Notes: generated by a model from the sequence alone, not told the origin. A stretch of 41,027 bases of DNA from Candidatus Limnocylindria bacterium (GCA_038248695.1 JBBRXE010000002.1:1-41027); one strand, 5' to 3'. Shown: positions 25,648-33,196, numbered from the stretch's first letter. A program made the numbers and translations.

Positions 25648-27110
25648 CGCTGCGCGCCGCGGCCCAGGATCGCCAGCGCGCGCGCCGAGCCGAGCAGCCC
25701 GCGGCGGCGCGCAGCGGGGGCACCATCGCTGAGCAGCGGCCAGACCGTGGCGGCCACGCCACGCAGCGCGGGTTCGAGGCCCGGATCGAGCGTCCAGGCC
25801 GGCTCCCCGCGCTCGCAGGCAGCGATGAACGCGGGGTTGACGGGCACCGCGCCGGCGATCGGCAGGCCGTATTCGTGGGCATGGGCGCGCACCGCCGTAT
25901 CGTCGTCGGCCAGGTTGGCGACCAGGCTCAGCTTGCGACCGGCGCCCAGGCCGCGGCTGACGTTGGCCAGGCGGTGGACGTCGGGCAGCGACTCCAGGCT
26001 GGGGCGGATGACGCCCAGCAGCAGGTCGGCACGGTCGATCAGGTGGCGATGGCCGTCCTCCAGATGCGAGCCGAGGTCGACCACCAGTAGTTGGAAGCCT
26101 GCCTCCTGCACGCCGCCCAGAAAGTCGTCAACGTGATCGGCGCGGAACTGCTGGCGCTCGGCCTCGGGCTGCAGCTCGGGGCCCAGGGTCATGGGGTGCG
26201 CCGGCGCGATGGCCACTTCGACCCCGGAGCGGGTGGCGACCAGCAGCTCCTCGACCGCGCGCGGCTGGTGCCAGCGGATCGGGTTGGCGGCGCGCGACAG
26301 CGCTTCGCCGTCGAGCCCCAGGCGGATGCCAGCGGCACCGCTGCTGACCCGGCTGGCGTCCAGCAGCGCGACGCGCAGCGGCCGCTCCTCGCCCTCGAGG
26401 GTGCGGTAGCGGGCGAAGGCCGCCACCAGGCTGGCGACCTCGACCGCCAGGGTGGTCTTGCCCACCCCGCCGGCGAACGAGGTGAAACAGGCGATGCGCA
26501 GGCCGGGCAGCAGGTGTGGGACCGGGGTGCGTCCCTGCGGACGCCCTCGCGTCGCGACCGCCAGCGGCTCGGCCGAGCCGTCATCCTCCGTCCGCAGCGC
26601 ATGCGGGCGGAGCAAGGGTACCTCCCTCATGGTCACCTGCTCGCGCGCAGGAGGGCGTCGAGGTGGCGCCTCGTCGGGTGACGCGGCGCCGGATGGCGAC
26701 GAGACCGCCTGCCGTGCTGGGCTATTGTCCCCGACCTGCCAAGCCGGATCACCCTGGTGACCCGTGCTCTGCGGCCCGCCAGTCTGCATATCGGTGCTCG
26801 ATGTCACCACTTTTTGACCGACAAGCGCTGCCTGCCATGTCCGGCGGCTGCGCGCATAGCGCAGCGCACGCAGCAGCCAGCAGTAGGCGGGCTCGCCGCG
26901 CACCGGCAGGGCCGCGGCCAGCGCGATCGGCCCGGCGAGCAGGATGATCAAGGCGATCTTGAGTGGCTCCCAGACCGGGATGAGGTTGAGCGCCGCGGCG
27001 ACTAGCAGCGCGACCCCGCCGATGCCGAGCTGGATGCCGCTCAGGCCCAAGGCGACCGGCTCATCGCGCACCGCGTTCTCGGGGACCTCGACCAGGCCGC
27101 GCCCGTTCAT
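25644..27110 (-). CDS. Fusion protein: N-terminal PrgI/VirB3-like membrane domain + C-terminal CpaE/TadZ/ParA-MinD-type ATPase, 488 aa
   Basis: Residues ~1-95 (VEVPENAVRDEPVALGLSGIQLGIGGVALLVAAALNLI...PIALAAALPVRGEPAYCWLLRALRYARS) look PrgI-like, with two transmembrane helices. A low-complexity linker follows. The ATPase half has IACFTSFAGGVGKTTLAVEVA (deviant Walker A) and FQLLVVDLGSHLED. Confidence 0.7.
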   Translation of the reverse strand: MNGRGLVEVPENAVRDEPVALGLSGIQLGIGGVALLVAAALNLIPVWEPLKIALIILLAGPIALAAALPVRGEPAYCWLLRALRYARSRRTWQAALVGQKVVTSSTDMQTGGPQSTGHQGDPAWQVGDNSPARQAVSSPSGAASPDEAPPRRPPAREQVTMREVPLLRPHALRTEDDGSAEPLAVATRGRPQGRTPVPHLLPGLRIACFTSFAGGVGKTTLAVEVASLVAAFARYRTLEGEERPLRVALLDASRVSSGAAGIRLGLDGEALSRAANPIRWHQPRAVEELLVATRSGVEVAIAPAHPMTLGPELQPEAERQQFRADHVDDFLGGVQEAGFQLLVVDLGSHLEDGHRHLIDRADLLLGVIRPSLESLPDVHRLANVSRGLGAGRKLSLVANLADDDTAVRAHAHEYGLPIAGAVPVNPAFIAACERGEPAWTLDPGLEPALRGVAATVWPLLSDGAPAARRRGLLGSARALAILGRGAQR

Positions 27111-28198
27111 GCCTCGCTCCGCAGTGGGCCGGGCCCTGACAGGGCCGCGGGGATGAGGGCCAGCGGCAGCAGCAGGCTGAGCAGGGCACAGCCGGTGGCC
27201 AGACCGAGCAGGGCGTTGGTGTCACCCACGCTGGGTGGAACCCCCGCGGCGTTGAGATGGCCCGCCGCCTCGAGGCTGAACAGGATGAAGACGATGGTCC
27301 ACGCGAAGCGCACGGCCAGAATCGCGAGCAGCACCTTGAGCCAGCCGTTGGTGATGCGCTGCGTGGCCGGCAGCGCATAGGCGGCCAGGCAGATGGGTCC
27401 GACCAGCACCAACAGGCGCTCGACCGCCGACAGCGCGGCGTTGACCATCTGCAGCAGGGTGATGAGCACCGCGGCGCCCATGCCAGCCGACAACCAGGCG
27501 CCGTCGTTCCAGTTGTTGGGGCCCTCGGCCAGGCGCGGATCGAACGACACGCTGCGCAGCACTGCGAAGGCGCCGCCGGCCGCCGGCCAGGCCTCGGGTC
27601 CGCCAACCGCCTTAGCGGGGATGGCGATGCCGATCATGGCCAGATCGGTGGCGGCCACGAACTGGGCGCAGACCGAGATCAGAAAGATGCCGAGCACCGA
27701 CAGCGTCGCGCCGGTCACGAAGCGCGGCGTCACCGCCCGCGCGCTGTAGGCCGTCTCACCGCTGGTGCGGGCGGTCATGATCAGGTAGCCCAAGATCATG
27801 CCGCCCAGGGTCAGCAGCGGAATGGTGATGGTCAGGATCTTGGCGTACAGGGTGGTGACGATTGCATCGGCCAGCGGGTCGATGGGCGTCAGGTAGTGGC
27901 CGCGCAGGCTGTCGAGCCCGGCGCGGCTGGCGTCGGACAGGCGGTTGGACCACCAGATCGTCAGATCACGCACCGGGTCGCCGATGATCGGGAGGTCACC
28001 GGCCGGGACGGGCGGAGCGATCATCGTTGGTGCAGGCGTCGCCGCCGGAGCAGCCGGCGACGGGCCGAGCAGCGTCCAGGCCACCCCCGCCAGGGCGAGC
28101 GCCACGAGTGCGACGGCGAGCGGCGAGACTGCCGCCGGGCGACCGATGCGCAGCGCGCGCCGGGGGAGTGTCGATCGCAGGTCCGCCAGGCTGGCCAT
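27107..28198 (-). CDS. Polytopic membrane protein, VirB6/TrbL-like
   Basis: Track ORF 27107..28210, trimmed to ATG 28198. It has at least 6 predicted hydrophobic helices. The call rests on its position between the VirB2-like and VirB3-like genes and on topology only. Confidence 0.55.
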   Translation of the reverse strand: MASLADLRSTLPRRALRIGRPAAVSPLAVALVALALAGVAWTLLGPSPAAPAATPAPTMIAPPVPAGDLPIIGDPVRDLTIWWSNRLSDASRAGLDSLRGHYLTPIDPLADAIVTTLYAKILTITIPLLTLGGMILGYLIMTARTSGETAYSARAVTPRFVTGATLSVLGIFLISVCAQFVAATDLAMIGIAIPAKAVGGPEAWPAAGGAFAVLRSVSFDPRLAEGPNNWNDGAWLSAGMGAAVLITLLQMVNAALSAVERLLVLVGPICLAAYALPATQRITNGWLKVLLAILAVRFAWTIVFILFSLEAAGHLNAAGVPPSVGDTNALLGLATGCALLSLLLPLALIPAALSGPGPLRSEA

Positions 28199-28214
28199 CG
28201 GCGCATCCAAGCTT

Positions 28215-28613
28215 TCAGAAGGGCTTCTCGATGAGCCCGTATGCCACCGCGATGGCGGTGATGACCGATACCACCACGCTGGCCACCACCATCCACACCA
28301 GGCCCATGATCCCGTTAGTGATGCGCCGCGAGGCGTGGTGCTCAGCCTCGCTGTTGGCCCCGGCCAGCATCTTCTCGATGCCGCCCCAGACGATGACCGC
28401 GGTGCAGATGGCGATGCCCAGACCGATGGCGATCGCCACCAGGGTGGTGATCATGCCCGTCACCGGTGCCAGCGCCTGGCGCGCACCGGCAGGCACGCTG
28501 TCGGCCCCCAGCACCGGCGCTGCGGCCGCCAACAGGCCGAGCGCAGTCAGCAACGGACCGATCAGGCGGCGATGGGGGAGCGAGCGGTGGAGGGAGGGAT
28601 CGGTCATGCGCAC
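28215..28613 (-). CDS. TrbC/VirB2-like conjugative pilin
   Basis: It has a signal peptide ending VLGA/DS. Two hydrophobic helices (MITTLVAIAIGLGIAICTAVIVWGG and IMGLVWMVVASVVVSVITAIAV) are separated by a charged loop, which is the TrbC/VirB2 topology. Confidence 0.6.
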   Translation of the reverse strand: MRMTDPSLHRSLPHRRLIGPLLTALGLLAAAAPVLGADSVPAGARQALAPVTGMITTLVAIAIGLGIAICTAVIVWGGIEKMLAGANSEAEHHASRRITNGIMGLVWMVVASVVVSVITAIAVAYGLIEKPF

Positions 28614-28618
28614 TGCCC

Positions 28619-29212
28619 TCAGCCGATGGCTGCCTCGCTCGGCGTGCCGCGGCGGTAGTCGCGCACGAAGGCGGCGATGGCGGCCTCGTCGGCAGAGGTA
28701 AGGTCCAGTCCGAGTGCCGCGAACCAGGACACCACGTGCTGCAGGCGCCGCAGCCGATCGAACTCGCGCGGGCTGATCAGCGAGGCTGCGAAGCGGCCGC
28801 TGGACACGATCGTCTTGGCCTGCCCCGCGGCGATCTGCTCGAGGTTGGTGGCCAGGTTCTCGCGCAGGTCGGTGATCTGCACGGTGGACAGCGGCCCCGC
28901 GATGTCGCGCGGCTCTGCGTCGAGACGGCGGATGGCCGCCTGGCTGGGAGCCAGCTCGCCGCGCACCGCGGCCGCCAGCTGAGCGGTCCCCGGCAGCAGC
29001 TCAGGGTAGATCCCCAGGGCGTGCAGCGCGGCCAGTGCGCGTTCGGTGCGGCCCCAGCGCTCGGCTTCCTCGAAGCGAAGCAGGACCGCGGCCGGGATGC
29101 CGTGCTGCATGATCACCAGCGGATTGCCGTCGGCGACGCGGGCCACCACGGCGCGGATCCGCTCGCGGACCTCGCGCATGCCGAGCGCCTGAAGCTCACC
29201 GGCGATGGTCAT
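28619..29212 (-). CDS. Protein with two tandem Phd/YefM-type antitoxin-like domains, 197 aa
   Basis: Track ORF 28619..29404, trimmed to ATG 29212, which forms an ATGA overlap with the upstream stop.
- **Domain 1:** GMREVRERIRAVVARVADGNPLVIMQHGIPAAVLLRFEE.
- **Domain 2:** VQITDLRENLATNLEQIAAGQAKTIVSSGRFAASLISPREF. Confidence 0.6.
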   Translation of the reverse strand: MTIAGELQALGMREVRERIRAVVARVADGNPLVIMQHGIPAAVLLRFEEAERWGRTERALAALHALGIYPELLPGTAQLAAAVRGELAPSQAAIRRLDAEPRDIAGPLSTVQITDLRENLATNLEQIAAGQAKTIVSSGRFAASLISPREFDRLRRLQHVVSWFAALGLDLTSADEAAIAAFVRDYRRGTPSEAAIG

Positions 29213-29502
29213 GCCTGGTCGTCGGTCACGAGCAGGTCGTGCGGTAGCGGGCCGACGATGACGTCGAGCGACTCCCCGCGCCAGGTGAGTCGAATCGGTC
29301 GGCGGCGGGCGCGCAGCATGCCGCGCCGCAGGTCGTCGCGGAAGGAGGTGATCGACTGGGTCCGGCAGCGCTCGCCGGGAACCATTCGACGCAGCATGGC
29401 CCATGGCTGGCCGTGCCGCAGGACCACCACGGTTTCGCCCGCTGCGGCGTGCGCCGCGATGTCCGCCATGCGACGCCTGAGAGTCCTGACTGACACGACC
29501 AT
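29209..29502 (-). CDS. Phd/YefM-type antitoxin-like protein, 97 aa (first gene of the operon, apparently leaderless)
   Basis: VSVRTLRRRMADIAAHAAAGETVVVLRHGQPWAMLRRM fits the Phd/YefM N-terminal fold pattern. The ATG at 29502 lies 7 nt after the predicted -10. Confidence 0.65.
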   Translation of the reverse strand: MVVSVRTLRRRMADIAAHAAAGETVVVLRHGQPWAMLRRMVPGERCRTQSITSFRDDLRRGMLRARRRPIRLTWRGESLDVIVGPLPHDLLVTDDQA

Positions 29503-29509
29503 GCCGCTA

Positions 29510-29554
29510 ACGCTACCCGCTCCCGCGTCCGTATGTCAAGAGGAAGTGTGTACG
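29510..29554 (-). promoter_or_regulatory. Predicted promoter of the T4SS/Tad operon (minus strand CGTACACACTTCCT-c-TTGACA-18 nt-TAGCGT-7 nt-ATG)
   Basis: Read directly from the sequence:
- 14-mer: 29541-29554
- -35 (consensus TTGACA): 29534-29539
- -10: 29510-29515

The 14-mer and the -10 hexamer are identical to those at 2703-2746. Confidence 0.55.
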
Positions 29555-29659
29555 TCTTATGAACGTCGAGCGCCACCCCAATCGTGTTCTGGGCAGACAG
29601 AAGGAATGTCGCGCCGTAAGGCTGGGCGGATGAGTTTAAGCGTAATCGGGATAGCGTGG

Positions 29660-30076
29660 TTAGGCGGGCCGGCGCCGGTTGACGAGGACGGTCGCTCCCG
29701 CGATGCCGAGCACGCCCACGACGCCGAAGGTGAGACCGTCGAATGGCGCCCAGCCGAGCGCCATGTCGTCGGTCACGCCGAGCGATACCCCCGTGTAGCC
29801 GTGCTCATCGAGCCAAATCGCGGCCGGCGTGTCCTGGACGTCGTCCGGCGCGGCTGGTGGGACACCCGCGTCGGTGGCCCGCTGCCGAGCTTCCTCCTTC
29901 GAAATCAGCGCGCCGTCCGGCGCAAAGCAACCCCAATCGGTCGCGACGGCGCCCGGGATGCCTTCGTACTCGCCCGTCTCCGCCGAGTAGGCGACGATCG
30001 GCTGCGGCTCCATAGTCGCGAGCCAGGTGGCACGCGCCTGGCCCAGAGCAAAGGTGATCGTGAACGGCTGGAACAC
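29660..30076 (-). CDS. Hypothetical tail-anchored protein, 138 aa
   Basis: In the track ORF, the C-terminal LTFGVVGVLGIAGATVLVNRRRPA is a hydrophobic helix followed by a basic tail. There is no signal peptide. The GTG start directly abuts a C9 tract on the coding strand. Confidence 0.4.
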   Translation of the reverse strand: MFQPFTITFALGQARATWLATMEPQPIVAYSAETGEYEGIPGAVATDWGCFAPDGALISKEEARQRATDAGVPPAAPDDVQDTPAAIWLDEHGYTGVSLGVTDDMALGWAPFDGLTFGVVGVLGIAGATVLVNRRRPA

Positions 30077-30085
30077 GGGGGGGGG
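30077..30085. repeat. G9 homopolymer (C9 on the minus strand)
   Basis: Read directly from the sequence. It lies immediately 5' of the GTG at 30076. Confidence 0.95.
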
Positions 30086-30479
30086 TCAATAGTGGCCAGG
30101 TGTCGCTATCGTGCTGATCGGATTCGGCAATGGTCAGTGCTTGGTAGTTCGGCGCCGTTGCTGACGGTGGCGAGCCAACTAATCAGCGATCACGCGAACT
30201 TGGCGCCGGATGGCTGCTGTCGGCAGGTGCTGAGCAGGCGACGGCGCTCAAAGATGGGCTCGTAACGGAGTCTGAAAAGCGCAAGGCACTCGAAGACGCG
30301 CGGAGCTGTCTGAGCGATCATGGGCTCGATTCGGCACCCATCCAACAGAATCCCGATGGAACGTCGACGGGGCAGGCAGTCTGAGCTCAGAGCGGCACTG
30401 GCGATCGTAAGGTAAGGCTAGGTCAGCGAGACAGTCCCTTGGACGCTCTGCGGGGCCGAGTTCTTGAGGAGGTCTAGCA

Positions 30480-30905
30480 TTGAGACGGGTTGCATTCCGC
30501 ATTGCGGTCCTCATTCTCGGTGCTTGCCTCTCTGCTTGCACGATCTTTGAGGCGCCACCTCCCTATCAAGTCAACCTCTTCGATGGTGAATGGCGTTTTA
30601 GCTCGCTCGATGCATCGCCTCTCGAGGTGCCACCACCGGCCGCGGTGAATTTTGGCGCGGCGCGCAGCCCCAGACTACACATCGATCTCGGTTGCCAGAC
30701 TATTCAAGGGCAATCGGTAATGGACACCGATGGCGCGGCACTGTCATTCGCCGCACTCGTTCCAAGTGCCTCCAACTGCTCGGCGAAGGAGGCATCTGAG
30801 ATTGCGCGCTTGGTTGGCGCGCTCCGCAGCAACACATCTTGGGCGGTGGTTACCCAACGCAAGGTCGAACTCCGCGGAGAACATGTCATAACCCTGGAGC
30901 GCTGA
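30480..30905 (+). CDS. META-domain (HslJ-like) lipoprotein
   Basis: The lipobox is LGACLSAC. The META-like pattern is GEWRFSSLDASPL ... HIDLGCQTIQGQ ... SNCSAKEASEIARLVGALRS ... VELRGEHVITLE. Confidence 0.7.
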   Translation: MRRVAFRIAVLILGACLSACTIFEAPPPYQVNLFDGEWRFSSLDASPLEVPPPAAVNFGAARSPRLHIDLGCQTIQGQSVMDTDGAALSFAALVPSASNCSAKEASEIARLVGALRSNTSWAVVTQRKVELRGEHVITLER

Positions 30906-31144
30906 GAGGACCGTCGCAGCCGCAGCGGCCTGAGCCTCGAGTCGGGACAATCGCAGCTGACCACCTGCCTGACCTGGCGGGGTTGTCGCCCAGCGGCAGT
31001 GGCAACCACCGCACCTGCGCCCGCAAGCGGATGTCGCTGGGGGCTGGTACCTCATCCCCGCCGTTTTCGCCTCCACGCCGACCGAAGCGAGCCTCCAGCC
31101 TTGTCCGATGAGGCCAACTGCGTGATTGACCGACCAAGTGGCAG

Positions 31145-31717
31145 TCATGATGCTTCTGGAGATGAGGGCGGAGCGGTGTCAAGCAGCACCTCGAGGTCCT
31201 GGCCACCGCTGGGGTTCGTGATGCCCATCACGCCCTGCTTCCGAACGTTGGCCATGGCGGCGAGACAGGCCTGCTCTCCGTCCTTGGTTTGCATACCTGC
31301 CGACACCCATATCTGCACCGACTGGTAACCGCAGAACGACGTGTCGTCACGGAGCATGAACCAGGCGTAGGCGGCATCCATCGTCTGCTCCACATCGCCC
31401 GTTCTCGACAGCGTCTGGAGATCTTCACCGGTTGACGGCATTCGGGCCGGCGAGAAGGATTCGATGTCGCTGCACAGGCCGCGCAGCCATGCATCGGAGA
31501 GCTGGTCGCAGTCGGAGAGGCTGGCGATTCGCAAGACCGTACCGTCGTTGAGTCGAGTGGTGAAGGGTGGCGCCGCGGTCTCGTTGCCAGCTGAGGATGG
31601 GCCTGGGGGATTGTGTGGTGCGCCGGTCAGTCCCGCACATGAGGTCATTACAGTCCCGACGGTGAGCGCAACCAGCGCCATGAGCGAGGGCCTACGTTGT
31701 GTGGTCTGTTTGGGCAT
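31145..31717 (-). CDS. Hypothetical lipoprotein
   Basis: It has a signal peptide with the lipobox VMTSC, four further Cys residues and no recognisable domain. Confidence 0.6.
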   Translation of the reverse strand: MPKQTTQRRPSLMALVALTVGTVMTSCAGLTGAPHNPPGPSSAGNETAAPPFTTRLNDGTVLRIASLSDCDQLSDAWLRGLCSDIESFSPARMPSTGEDLQTLSRTGDVEQTMDAAYAWFMLRDDTSFCGYQSVQIWVSAGMQTKDGEQACLAAMANVRKQGVMGITNPSGGQDLEVLLDTAPPSSPEAS

Positions 31718-31881
31718 CTGATGGCCTCGACCGTGGCGTCGTCATCGAGCGCTGAGAACCTACCGCTTTGCGTCGTCGTCATTCTGCCCGATGTTGAGCT
31801 TGCCTTTGACGCGCTCGATGCCTTCGGAGACGAGGGCCTTTGCGGAGTCGCGGATGACATCCACCCGGTCCGGGTCGGCTT

Positions 31882-32541
31882 TCAGCAGCGCCTCCGCGGT
31901 GTTCCGTTGGAACATTCCCACGCCCACGCGATCCGCGTGAGCCTGCGCCAATCTCCCGTCCACCCAGCGGCCCCGGGATCGGTGGTTCCATGTGATCGCC
32001 GGCGCGGAGGTCGGTCGGTCTGGATCAGGACCTCGCCGCCCAGTCGCCCATCGAGGAGCGACACTCGGCGGTCCAGCCGTGCTGCCAGACCGGCGTCATG
32101 GGTGGCCACCACCAAGGCGAAGCCGCGTTGCTCCTGGAGACTCAACAGCAGGTCGATGACCTGGCCGGCGGTCCGCGAGTCGATGTTCCCGGTCGGCTCG
32201 TCGGCGAGGACGACATCAGGCTGGCCGATGAGCGCCCGCGCGATCCCCACCCGCTGCTGCTCGCCGCCCGACAGTTCGCCGGGAAGGTTGCGCAGCCGGG
32301 TGCCGAGCCCGAGGTCATCGAGCAGCCCTTCCGCGCGCTCGAGGATCTGCGCACGGGGCGCGTACGGGAGGAGCGGCACGGCGACGTTCTCCACCGCGGA
32401 CAGGGCCGCGATCAGGTGGAAGAGCTGGAACACGAAGCCGATGTGTTCGCGCCGCAGGTCAGCCCGAGCGTCCTCGGTCAGGTCGTTCGTCCGCTGTCCG
32501 CCGAGGCATACCTCGCCTTCGTCCGGTCGATCGATGAGGCC
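31882..32541 (-). pseudogene. ABC transporter ATP-binding protein (MacB/LolD-type), 5'-truncated by IS insertion
   Basis: The signature LSGGEQQRVGIARAL, the Walker B VVLADEPTGNID and the H-loop VVATHD are present. Walker A and the N-terminus are missing. Homology starts at ~32541, where IS481-like sequence begins. Confidence 0.8.
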
Positions 32542-32545
32542 TAGC

Positions 32546-33130
32546 TGTGGTGCTTCATGACGTTGTTGACAAACGAGAGCCCCGCGACACGGTGTGAGGT
32601 GTTGAGTACCCACATCGGTCGGAGGCTCTCGTGGCACATCCTAGAGCGCGTCTCACGGTCTTTGGTCGCCAACTCCTGATCAAGCGGGTCGTGGTCGACG
32701 GCTGGCCGGTGGCCACGGTCTCCGATCAGCTCGGGATCAGCCGGGCGACGGGGTACAAGTGGGTCCGCCGTTATCGCGCCGACGGCTTGTCCGGTCTCGA
32801 GGACCGCAGCTCCCGGCCACATCATTCGCCACGCCGGTCGTCGGACGAGGTGACCTCGGCGATCATCGCTGCCCGTGCCCGCCGGCGCTATGGTCCGGCC
32901 CGCCTGGCCCCGCTGACGGGCTATCCGCGCTCGACCATCTACGGGGTCCTCCGCCGCGCCGGCCTCAACCGTCTGCGTGACACGGACCGGGTGACGGCGG
33001 CCCCGCTCCGCTACGTCGCCTGCCATCCAGGCGCACTCGTCCACCAGGACCACAAGAAGCTGGGTCGTGTACCCGGCGGCGGCGGCTCGCGTGTGTTCGG
33101 ACGGAGTGTGGCCTCGATCGCACCCTGATG
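32546..33130 (+). mobile_element. IS481-family element fragment (left end plus 5' part of the transposase gene)
   Basis: See the transposase fragment at 32631..33128. The element interrupts the ABC gene on its left and ends abruptly before the HigB-like gene on its right. Confidence 0.7.
32631..33128 (+). pseudogene. IS481-family transposase, N-terminal ~160 aa only
   Basis: The HTH region is RARLTVFGRQLLIKRVVVDGWPVATVSDQLGISRATGYKWVRRYRADGLSGLEDRSSRPHHSP. It is followed by HQDHKKLGRVPGGGGSRVFGRS, and the ORF then stops. The DDE catalytic core is absent. Confidence 0.8.
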
Positions 33131-33196
33131 GCCGACGCGGTCGCCTCGTAGGTCATCCTCGGCATCTGTTCCCCATCTCGCGCATTGGGAAGCGTT

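Noticed and set aside
28619-29502. Calling the Phd/YefM-like genes a conventional type II toxin-antitoxin module
   Set aside because: No toxin-like ORF follows them in any frame; the next gene is the VirB2-like pilin. They are therefore reported as orphan antitoxin-like regulators instead.
31760-31963. 67-aa minus-strand ORF downstream of the ABC ATPase fragment
   Set aside because: It overlaps the 3' end of the ABC reading frame. It has no RBS or recognisable motif, and the evidence is insufficient to call it.
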